The notes beneath the pieces were generated by a model. The model searched no databases. It saw only the letters and a list, made by a program, of their open reading frames with translations, and was not told the DNA's origin. Both the position numbers and the translations under genes were made by a program. Below, in pieces: positions 10,174 to 18,458 of a stretch of DNA of 64,000 bases. Location: the IMG/VR virus record IMGVR_UViG_3300021137_000001, positions 62,001-126,000 of that record; one strand, 5' to 3'. The first letter of the stretch is position 1. Every line of letters starts with the position of its first letter.

Positions 10174-11395
10174 AAGTCCTAGTTGGATGTTAGTCGAATC
10201 AAAGGCATTATCAATGCATATAGAACACTTAGAAGATTTAATCTTTAATAGTGGCTATGTGGGTGCGCAAGCGGCATTAAACTACGTAGAAAGTTTACGT
10301 GCTATGTTAGCAGAAGGCACAGGAACAACTACACAGCTTACAGTTAAGTGGGACGGTGCCCCAGCAATTATCTGCGGGATTGACCCAAGTGATAGTAAAT
10401 TCTTTGTAGGTACTAAATCAGTATTTGCTAAAGGTGAGCCAAAACGTTGTAAAAATGCAGCAGACATTGAAAAATGGTATGCTCCACAACCAGAGCTTGC
10501 AGCAAAATTAACAGCAGCCTTGCATTATCTCCCTAAACTTGGAATTGGAGGAGTTATTCAAGGCGACTTAATGTTTACTCCGGGCGATGTAAGCACAGTA
10601 TCTATTAATGATGAAGATTGTTATGTGTTTACTCCAAACACAATTACGTATGCAGTACCAGTTGATAGCAACTTAGGTAAACGTATTGCAAAAGCTAAAC
10701 TTGGTATTATATTTCACACTAGCTACGAAGGCACTTCATTAGAAACAATGAAAGCAAACTACGGAGTAAACGTGGGTAGCTTGCATCAAACATCAGCAGT
10801 ATGGTTTGATGATGCAACATATAAAGATTACACTGGTATCGCAAGTTTAACACCGAGTGAAGATGCACAAATTAAACAGCAACTATTGTCTACACTAACT
10901 ACAATGGAAAAGATTGGGCAAGCTCGCTTTGACATTATACTAACTAACAAAGAGTTTGCTCGTAACATCAAGCCATTCATCAATCAAATGATTAGACAAG
11001 GCGAGCACGTTGGCGAACCAATGCAGTTCTTACAAAAGTTTATTGATCATACATCTGCTGAACTAATGAAAGATATTGAAACCTTATCGGGTGGTATTAG
11101 TGGACGTGCGGCACAAGGTCGTATTACTAAGATTAAAGAAAAAGAGCAATGGGTTGCTGATAATGCAAACAATTTGTTAGTTATACTTGCAACATACAAA
11201 AAAGTAATCGAACTTAAACACACGTTAATGCGCAAACTACAACAAGTAGAAAGTATCGGTACATTCCAAAAAACAAACGATGGATATAAAGTAACAACTC
11301 CAGAAGGCTTTGTTGCAATTGGGCACGATGGCGGAGCAATTAAGCTAGTTGATAGACTTGAATTTAGTCGTACTAACTTTGCTCGTAGTGCTTAA
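10148..11395 (+). CDS. Ligase-superfamily nucleotidyltransferase-like protein (DUF6267-like)
   Basis: Motif I KWDG, QGDL, motif IV EGFV, motif V K. Confidence 0.55.
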   Translation: MQLHEIQNKSPSWMLVESKALSMHIEHLEDLIFNSGYVGAQAALNYVESLRAMLAEGTGTTTQLTVKWDGAPAIICGIDPSDSKFFVGTKSVFAKGEPKRCKNAADIEKWYAPQPELAAKLTAALHYLPKLGIGGVIQGDLMFTPGDVSTVSINDEDCYVFTPNTITYAVPVDSNLGKRIAKAKLGIIFHTSYEGTSLETMKANYGVNVGSLHQTSAVWFDDATYKDYTGIASLTPSEDAQIKQQLLSTLTTMEKIGQARFDIILTNKEFARNIKPFINQMIRQGEHVGEPMQFLQKFIDHTSAELMKDIETLSGGISGRAAQGRITKIKEKEQWVADNANNLLVILATYKKVIELKHTLMRKLQQVESIGTFQKTNDGYKVTTPEGFVAIGHDGGAIKLVDRLEFSRTNFARSA

Positions 11396-11485
11396 AAACA
11401 GACACATTACAGTATAGAATTTTGCGCAGATGATAAATAAATGTATGCGCTTAAACACGCAAACTTTAAATTTAGGAGAAATATT

Positions 11486-11794
11486 ATGACTACACCAGCT
11501 CGCGTTAACGGTGGTGCTTTACCAGTAGTAACAACAGGTCGTTCATTACAAATGTTCACTGTTAGTTTAACAAGCGTTGAAACAGGCTATTCAGCTGTTG
11601 ACAGTGACTTTGAAAAATTAGTACGTGCTATCGAAACAATCGGTACAGTTGAAATCTTGGGTACACCAGCTGCAGGCGCATTCCGTGTTGCTATCTCTGG
11701 TTCACAAGTTACAGCAACATCAGGTACAGGTTCTTTACAAGGTATCTGTAATACAGCAGTTACAACTACTACAGTTGCTGACTTCGTATTTTAA
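11486..11794 (+). CDS. Small putative structural protein
   Basis: AGGAG SD before ATG 11486, late promoter upstream, strong codon bias, followed by a terminator. Confidence 0.6.
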   Translation: MTTPARVNGGALPVVTTGRSLQMFTVSLTSVETGYSAVDSDFEKLVRAIETIGTVEILGTPAAGAFRVAISGSQVTATSGTGSLQGICNTAVTTTTVADFVF

Positions 11795-11817
11795 TTTAAA
11801 ACATTAAAATGTAAACT

Positions 11818-11847
11818 AAAAAGGCAGTTTTATTACTGCCTTTTTTT
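11818..11847 (+). terminator. Intrinsic terminator
   Basis: AAAAAGGCAGT-loop-ACTGCCTTTTTTT. Confidence 0.85.
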
Positions 11848-11865
11848 ACGACTATAAATATTGCT

Positions 11866-12288
11866 ATGGAAGCATTATATCAGTATCGAGCATACACCCT
11901 AATAGATATAACCGAAACAAAAGTACTAGCACAATCAGTGGAACAACAGAAGCAACGCAATCAACAACGTAATTGGGAAACAATTAACCAGTTATTAAGT
12001 TTGCGAGCACAGTTAATAGAATTTAACTATCTGACTATGGTTTCTGCTGATGTTGCAGAGTATTCGTTTGGTATTAACTATGTAGGTACACATAACATCT
12101 GGGCATTTGACTTTGCAGTTGAACACGAAGATGTTTATGCACTTAATCACGACAAATTTGGAGTACTTAAAGATGATTTCAAAATTGCCCCAATCATACT
12201 TGGGCTAGACGAAACAGCTCACCCACCATTGCCACTGTTTTACGCTAGTGGCGCAGATAAAAATATCTACTTTAAAACACGTACTTAA
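11866..12288 (+). CDS. Conserved phage hypothetical protein
   Basis: ORF directly after TATAAATA. Confidence 0.65.
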   Translation: MEALYQYRAYTLIDITETKVLAQSVEQQKQRNQQRNWETINQLLSLRAQLIEFNYLTMVSADVAEYSFGINYVGTHNIWAFDFAVEHEDVYALNHDKFGVLKDDFKIAPIILGLDETAHPPLPLFYASGADKNIYFKTRT

Positions 12289-12404
12289 CATATTTCGATT
12301 GTAACTAAATATTAGTTAGATGCAACAACAATAATCATGGCACACATTAAGGCATAAACTAGGCTCAACGAATACGCATCGCTAAACTTAATTGGACAGC
12401 GACA

Positions 12405-12668
12405 ATGGCAAAACCTACAGAAATAGAGAAACAAAATCTAGAAGCTCATGTTGAACTGTGTGCCGTAAGGTATGGTAGTTTGGAAAATAAACTGGACAAT
12501 TTAGAACAGAGAATGGATAAACTCGAGTTACATCTTGTTGACATTAAAAATTCACTGGCTGATAGAGTTGCAGGTAGCGATAAGCAAACAATCAGCATAT
12601 TTACAACAATGATGGGTGTTGTACTAGCTGGACTTATTGGTTTTATTACACATGGTATGTTTAAGTAA
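12405..12668 (+). CDS. Coiled-coil protein with C-terminal transmembrane helix
   Basis: Heptad segment LENKLDNLEQRMDKLE; hydrophobic C-terminus. Confidence 0.6.
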   Translation: MAKPTEIEKQNLEAHVELCAVRYGSLENKLDNLEQRMDKLELHLVDIKNSLADRVAGSDKQTISIFTTMMGVVLAGLIGFITHGMFK

Positions 12669-12679
12669 TAAATACTTGT

Positions 12680-12889
12680 ATGAAAATTGTTGAACTCACA
12701 AGCAAGTTATTACTTGCGATAACAAACGAAGAAGCTGAATTACTAGAAAAATTCATCGGCGAAGATACTATTGCTAAACGTGATCTTAATGAACGCGAAC
12801 AATTAATTGCTGGTCAGCTTACTGTCAAAGACGTACTATTACGCACAAATGATTCCGGAAAACTCTATTACAAAAAACGTATTAACTGA
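12680..12889 (+). CDS. Hypothetical protein
   Basis: ORF after ATAAATA; MKIVEL leader. Confidence 0.6.
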   Translation: MKIVELTSKLLLAITNEEAELLEKFIGEDTIAKRDLNEREQLIAGQLTVKDVLLRTNDSGKLYYKKRIN

Positions 12890-13340
12890 AATCGACGTTG
12901 AAAAAATACGACGATTTACAGAAGCTGAACTTGCTAAACATAGTAAAGGTCCGCTTCCATTCTGCTATCAGCTGGGCGCAGACACACTAATCGTTGGTAA
13001 GTATAAAATAGTAAAGATAACAGATAAAAGCTGGCGTATAACTAAAGATAACGAACAAGTGTTTGACTTCTTTAATCGCAAAGATGCTATATTTTATTGC
13101 ATTGCGCTACATAAGAACAAGTATGATTTAGCACAAGAAGTACGCATTAATGATAACTTAATTGGCATACTTGAATTTGATGCTATACTGTACAGATACC
13201 GTTATAAGCAAGCACAAGAGAAGAATGATGATTGGAAAATTGCATTATATTCAAACAAATACACTGAAACAATGCTTAGAATTGAAGAGTCAAAGAAACA
13301 ATTAAAGAAGTCTATCGTTTTGATAAATAATATTAACTAA
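12807..13340 (+). CDS. Hypothetical protein (true start uncertain, probably downstream)
   Basis: ORF track; fills the operon gap. Confidence 0.55.
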   Translation: MLVSLLSKTYYYAQMIPENSITKNVLTEIDVEKIRRFTEAELAKHSKGPLPFCYQLGADTLIVGKYKIVKITDKSWRITKDNEQVFDFFNRKDAIFYCIALHKNKYDLAQEVRINDNLIGILEFDAILYRYRYKQAQEKNDDWKIALYSNKYTETMLRIEESKKQLKKSIVLINNIN

Positions 13341-13362
13341 TTGAATTCAGGAAGAACTAAAC

Positions 13363-14043
13363 ATGAAACTATCAGAAATGTCATCGACATCTGCAAAAAA
13401 AATTAATAAAGTATTGGAAAGTCGCTTCGGTTTTGCAATTGATTATGATTCATTGTCTATTGCTAAAGCACAACGCTTAGGCGAAACAATTTCATTAAAC
13501 TTAAACAAAATCCGTCATAGTGCAGATTTTCACACTGCGGAAACAAATCCACGTTATATGGAATTGTTAACAGTACAAGAAGGCATTAACACTTGGCTTA
13601 CTGAACAACATCAACAATTAAACGAAGGTGAAGTTGGTAATGCAGAAGTATTATTAGCTGCTAAAGACATGGTTGATAGTGTACAAGATACAATTGAAAA
13701 AGTTGGTAAAATGCAAAATGAACAACTTCCACAGTTGTTAGACAGCATCCGTGATCAAATTGGTTCACAACAAGCTGATGCATTTAAAAATGCTGTAGGT
13801 GCAACATTAGATCAACTAATGCAAAACTTACAATCTGCACGTGAAGGTGTTGACACTGGTGTACGTGTACTAAGCGGTGAACAAGTTGACCAGCCAATGG
13901 AATTAGGCGGCGAGCCAGCTATGGGTGCAGAGCTTCCTCCAGCTCCTGAATCAGATTTTGATACAGAAGAACCAGCTGATGGATTTGCAGCAACTGATGC
14001 TGCTGTCGGCGGAACTGAAACATTAGGTAGAGAATTGCGTTAA
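13363..14043 (+). CDS. Putative prohead core/scaffold-like protein
   Basis: Helical, acidic C-terminus, MKLSEM leader, LNE/LTE motifs, late promoter. Confidence 0.45.
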   Translation: MKLSEMSSTSAKKINKVLESRFGFAIDYDSLSIAKAQRLGETISLNLNKIRHSADFHTAETNPRYMELLTVQEGINTWLTEQHQQLNEGEVGNAEVLLAAKDMVDSVQDTIEKVGKMQNEQLPQLLDSIRDQIGSQQADAFKNAVGATLDQLMQNLQSAREGVDTGVRVLSGEQVDQPMELGGEPAMGAELPPAPESDFDTEEPADGFAATDAAVGGTETLGRELR

Positions 14044-14429
14044 TGCGTTTACGCGAATTTGCAAGTGATGCCGCAACTCCAGAGTCTAACTTAGTTACTG
14101 CTCTGGAATTATTGCGTCACCGTTCACAGGACAAATCAACTCCAGCAACAATTAGTACAAAAAGTCTTATTAATCTAGTATTAAACACAGACAAATCATT
14201 TAGCTATGATGCACTAGTTGATGCTAACGAAAACAATCCAGCAGTAAAAAATCTTATTAAAAGTTTTAATCGAGACCAAGTCATCCTTGCTCCATTAAAT
14301 GATGGCGAAGATTCAACAACTACTAACGTAGGCGATCAACAAGGGCAAGGCCAATTCCAAGCACCAGTCGACGATGTTAGTTCAATGGCAGCACGTGCCG
14401 CTAAATCACGTGGCGCCCCAATAGCATAA
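14043..14429 (+). CDS. Putative virion protein
   Basis: MRLREF leader; coupled to the upstream gene. Confidence 0.5.
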   Translation: MRLREFASDAATPESNLVTALELLRHRSQDKSTPATISTKSLINLVLNTDKSFSYDALVDANENNPAVKNLIKSFNRDQVILAPLNDGEDSTTTNVGDQQGQGQFQAPVDDVSSMAARAAKSRGAPIA

Positions 14430-14529
14430 TAATCAACGCATTGACATCACCACATAAATAGTGTAGTATATTAGTATACTATTGGAGATTAAACTCGCAG
14501 GCTTGTGCGCCAAGACACTAAATACATGT

Positions 14530-15117
14530 ATGAAAAACAAATACGGTATTATTAAAGCATGCTTATATTGTAAGAATGAGTTTGAAACTAAACCTCGTTT
14601 TTTAGAATATTGTTCTCAATCCTGTAAGAATCCTAATAACAGAGCAGGACATACGCCATGGAACAAAGGTGCTAAATTTACAGCGGAACAAAAAGCTAAA
14701 CAAAATACAAGTGGGCTTAAAAAAGGGTGGGGTTGGAATAAAGGTATTCCAAACGAAGCACAAAAACAAAAATGGACAGGCGAAGGTAACCCAAATTGGG
14801 ATGGTAAAGTTAATAATCAACGTCCTAAAAATTATGTAGATGATGAGTTTACTGCATATAAAAGAGAATGTAAGAAAGCAACATATCGTTCTTGGTATGC
14901 CATGAAGAAGGAAGGATTAGTGCCTGTATTAGGCAAAAGAAAAACAGATTGGCAAATGGATCATATTATTCCATTCAAACAAGGATTTGAATTAGGAATA
15001 GATCCTGCGATAATTGGTAGTAGAAAGAATTTAAGATTTATATTAGGTGAAGAAAATAGAAGTAAGTGGGATAAGTTTCAATCGGAAGATATAGTTAAAT
15101 CTATAATAGGAGAATAA
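14530..15117 (+). mobile_element. HNH homing endonuclease with Zn finger
   Basis: CLYC..YCSQSC, PWNKG repeats, MDHIIP...NLRFI...EN. Confidence 0.8.
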
Positions 15118-15118
15118 C

Positions 15119-15235
15119 ATGGCATATTCAGCAGCCGTTTTGGACCATTATGAAAATCCAAGAAATGTGGGATCTTTAGACAAGGAGAATGCGCAAGTTG
15201 GGACCGGAATCGTCGGTGCCCCAGCTTGCGGATGA
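15119..15235 (+). CDS. iscU: IscU N-terminal fragment (MAYSAAVLDHYENPRNVG...GAPACG*), missed by the ORF track
   Basis: AGGAG SD; canonical IscU start; in-frame TGA at 15233 right after Cys-Gly. Confidence 0.85.
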   Translation: MAYSAAVLDHYENPRNVGSLDKENAQVGTGIVGAPACG

Positions 15236-15510
15236 CAGGTGACGTCATGAAGTTACAAATTCAAGTCGAAGACGGTATTATAATTGATGCAAAGTTTAAA
15301 ACTTACGGATGCGGAAGTGCGATTGCTAGTTCGAGCCTCGTCACTGAACTGCTTAAGGGCATGTCGCTTGACCAAGCTCAAGAGATTAAGAATAGCGAGA
15401 TTGCTGAAGAACTTGCGTTACCGCCGGTAAAGATACACTGCAGCGTCCTGGCCGAGGACAGCATCCGTGCTGCAATAGCAGATTACAAAAAGAAAAATAA
15501 TCTAACATAG
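15232..15510 (+). CDS. iscU: IscU C-terminal fragment (MTGDVMKLQI...LPPVKIHC)
   Basis: GDVMKL, FKTYGCGSAIASSS, LPPVKIHCS; its ATG overlaps the upstream TGA (ATGA). Confidence 0.85.
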   Translation: MTGDVMKLQIQVEDGIIIDAKFKTYGCGSAIASSSLVTELLKGMSLDQAQEIKNSEIAEELALPPVKIHCSVLAEDSIRAAIADYKKKNNLT

Positions 15511-15536
15511 AGCAAATAACTTTGATAAATAAAGTT

Positions 15537-16295
15537 ATGAATAACCTTTGCCTATGCGGATGCGGTGTAAAATTAAGAAAAGATAATAGAACAGGTTATC
15601 AAAAAGGACACAAACCTTGTCCTATTTGCGGCACACTAGTAAAAGGATCGGGATTAGAATGTTGCTCCAAAGCATGTTCTGCCAAATTACATTGGCAACG
15701 ACATCCTGAAATGAAAGAAACCCGAAGTTGGAATGCCGCAAGAAACGCTGTTCGTGAATTGCACAGAGATAGTTGGCTTAAGAATTTATCTAATGCTTGT
15801 ATAGGAAGAAGTCCTTGGAACAAAGGCACAAAAAGTATGCAAGTGCCTTGGAACAAAGATCTACCCGCAGCACAACAACCTAGATTTAATGTTAAAAGTC
15901 CCGACGGGTGGTATGAAAAATATAAGAAGACTAATCTAAAAAAATACGGAGTAGAAAATCCAGGTATATTAGCCAAATCGTCACCGAGAAGCAAAAAAGA
16001 AAAGTTGTTAGAACAGTATTTGATTGATTATAAAATTAATCAGAGAATAGGGAATAACAAGCCAGACTATGTTAATGAAGATACTAAACATATAATTGAA
16101 GTTTATGGAGATTATTGGCATTGTAACCCGACCACATTTACAGCAGATTTCTACCATTCACAACTTAAAATGACCGCTAAAGAAAAATGGCAAAAAGATT
16201 TAGTTAGAAAGACAGAATTAGAATCCTTGGGATATACAGTTACTATTGTATGGGAAGGTGAATTAAAAGAGTTTATTAAAGGATTACAAAAATGA
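15537..16295 (+). mobile_element. Vsr/DUF559-like PD-(D/E)XK endonuclease with Zn fingers
   Basis: CLCGC, PWNK repeats, PDY...IIEVYGDYWH, GYTVTIVWE. Confidence 0.8.
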
Positions 16296-16615
16296 TTAGT
16301 TTAACTGAATTAGCCGCAGAGAAGATTAAGAAAAGCATTGATGCACGTGCTACAACAACGCTGGGTATTAAAGTTGGAGTTAAGACTGCTGGATGTAGTG
16401 GTATGAGTTATGTGCTTGAGTTTGTTGAACAACTAACAGCAGACGATATTGAATACAAATGTCACGGAGTTAGCATATTTACAACACCAAAAGACTTAGT
16501 CTACGTAGATGGTTTGCGTATGGACTGGCAACGTCAAGGACTTAACGAAGGCTTTGAGTTTATTAATCCAAATGAAGCAGGTAAATGTGGTTGCGGTGAG
16601 AGTTTTACAGTATGA
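16292..16615 (+). CDS. iscA: Iron-sulfur cluster assembly protein IscA
   Basis: GCSGMSY, FINPN, CGCGESF. Confidence 0.95.
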   Translation: MISLTELAAEKIKKSIDARATTTLGIKVGVKTAGCSGMSYVLEFVEQLTADDIEYKCHGVSIFTTPKDLVYVDGLRMDWQRQGLNEGFEFINPNEAGKCGCGESFTV

Positions 16616-16968
16616 AATTTCCAATAATCGAAATAGTAGATAGATACACTATTGCAATAGTTAAACACAAACAAACAAACGGCGCAAACCAAGAAGAACT
16701 TGATTTTTACATAGAACAAATGCAAGAAGTTAATTTAGATTTACAACATCAATTAATACTCGAATTAATTGCCCATCATGAATATGTTTGGTCATTGGAA
16801 GATGATTTTAAGAAAAATAGAGTCGATGGGTTACCCTTAGAGGAAATCGGCCGCATTGCAATAACAGTACGAGATCAGGGGTATAAACGTACTCATCTTA
16901 AGAATACACTTGCTAAACTATTAAATGATTCTGTTATCGAAATTAAACAAGATCATAGCAGTGAATAG
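16612..16968 (+). CDS. Hypothetical protein
   Basis: ATGA-coupled ORF. Confidence 0.65.
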   Translation: MKFPIIEIVDRYTIAIVKHKQTNGANQEELDFYIEQMQEVNLDLQHQLILELIAHHEYVWSLEDDFKKNRVDGLPLEEIGRIAITVRDQGYKRTHLKNTLAKLLNDSVIEIKQDHSSE

Positions 16969-17004
16969 CTTGACCTTTGCTATCTTATAGTATATACTAA
17001 TAGT

Positions 17005-17688
17005 ATGCTTATACAAAAATATGATTACACCCCCATTTCACGTCAATCCGTAGATGGAAAACGTCTTTACAGTTTGCCAGATGGCAGTAAAGTTCCTTCA
17101 GTAACAACAATTCTCGACAAGACAAAGTCCGCAGAAAGTAAAGCGGCACTTGATAATTGGCGAAAAGCTGTTGGTGAGAAAAAAGCCCAAGAGATTACTA
17201 CAGAAGCCGCCAACCGCGGAACACGTATGCACAAATGGTTGGAAGACTATGTGCGCAACAATCGTGACATGGGCGAGCCCGGCACTAACCCCTACAGTAT
17301 GCAAAGTCATAAGATGGCGCAGATAATTGTAGAACAGGGTTTAGCAAATGTAGATGAAATATGGGGCATCGAAGTGCCATTATACGTAGAAGGTCTGTAT
17401 GCTGGTACAACTGACGCTTGTGGCGTACACAAGGGCAAACCAGCCATTTTAGACTACAAACAGACCAATAAACCAAAGAAAACGGAGTGGGTTCAGGACT
17501 ATTTCCTCCAGTTATGTGCTTATGGACTAGCACACAACGAAACACACGGAACCGACATTAAACAAGGTGTTATTCTGATGTGCAGTCAGGACTTCCAATA
17601 TCAAACGTGGACAGTCGAAGGCGAAGAATGGGATATGTGGACAGAAAAATGGCTTCAGAGAGTGGAACAGTATTATAATCTTAGCTAA
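17005..17688 (+). CDS. PD-(D/E)XK exonuclease (Cas4/RecB-like)
   Basis: PSVTTIL, RGTRMH, AGTTD, ILDYKQ, QLCAY. Confidence 0.85.
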   Translation: MLIQKYDYTPISRQSVDGKRLYSLPDGSKVPSVTTILDKTKSAESKAALDNWRKAVGEKKAQEITTEAANRGTRMHKWLEDYVRNNRDMGEPGTNPYSMQSHKMAQIIVEQGLANVDEIWGIEVPLYVEGLYAGTTDACGVHKGKPAILDYKQTNKPKKTEWVQDYFLQLCAYGLAHNETHGTDIKQGVILMCSQDFQYQTWTVEGEEWDMWTEKWLQRVEQYYNLS

Positions 17689-17714
17689 ATATAAAATATA
17701 GACAGGATAATAAT

Positions 17715-18308
17715 ATGGCAGTTGTACAAATCTCCAAAATACAGTTACGTAGAGGACTGCAAGAAAACTTACCGCAATTAGCATCAGCTGAGATGGGCTG
17801 GTCGGTTGATCAATGCAGACTATTCATCGGTAATGGTACATTAGCAGAAGGTGCACCGTCAACTGGTGTAACCGAAGTACTTACTGCACAAAGCATATAT
17901 AATGAATTAGCTGCCATCACAATTTTACAAGGTAATGTTGCTAACCTCGAAGCAAACGTTACTACGTTACAATCTAACGTATCTAGCCTACAAGCAAACG
18001 CTGCAGTTCACTCATTAACATTCCTTGACAACCAACCAACTGCAACAAATACTGCAATAACACTTAACTCACTGACTTCAAATACATACGATTATACAAT
18101 CGTGCGCGGTACAACTTCTAGAGTTGGCACACTTAAAGTTACTGAACTATTAGGCACAGCGGTATTTGAAGATGACTACGTCGAAACAGCAAGTACTGGT
18201 GTGGTGCTGGGCTTTATAAGCAATGTTAATGCTGCAATAATGACATATACAACAACTAGTACTACTTTACCGGCAACATTCACTTATTACATAAAACCAT
18301 TTATTTAA
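17715..18308 (+). CDS. Putative virion/tail structural protein
   Basis: QLRRG..LPQLASAEMGW..LFIG N-terminal module typical of fibre-like proteins; short coiled coil. Confidence 0.55.
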   Translation: MAVVQISKIQLRRGLQENLPQLASAEMGWSVDQCRLFIGNGTLAEGAPSTGVTEVLTAQSIYNELAAITILQGNVANLEANVTTLQSNVSSLQANAAVHSLTFLDNQPTATNTAITLNSLTSNTYDYTIVRGTTSRVGTLKVTELLGTAVFEDDYVETASTGVVLGFISNVNAAIMTYTTTSTTLPATFTYYIKPFI

Positions 18309-18458
18309 TGAATACGAGCTTGCAAAAGTTCGCAATATCGTGTACACTATGTACTTGAGTGGGATATAAATTTCTACTAGCAGTCAAATAAAAAGTAAAT
18401 ACACAACAACAATCAACAATACAAATTTAGAGCAGTACTAAATTAAGAGGCAATCAAA

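Noticed and set aside
15230-15240. Alternative genetic code or selenocysteine readthrough of the iscU TGA
   Set aside because: The downstream half is in another frame, so readthrough cannot restore it; TGA and TAG end genes normally elsewhere and no suppressor tRNA was seen
17005-17688. CRISPR-Cas system suggested by the Cas4-like nuclease
   Set aside because: No repeat-spacer array or other cas genes; solo nucleases of this type are common in phages
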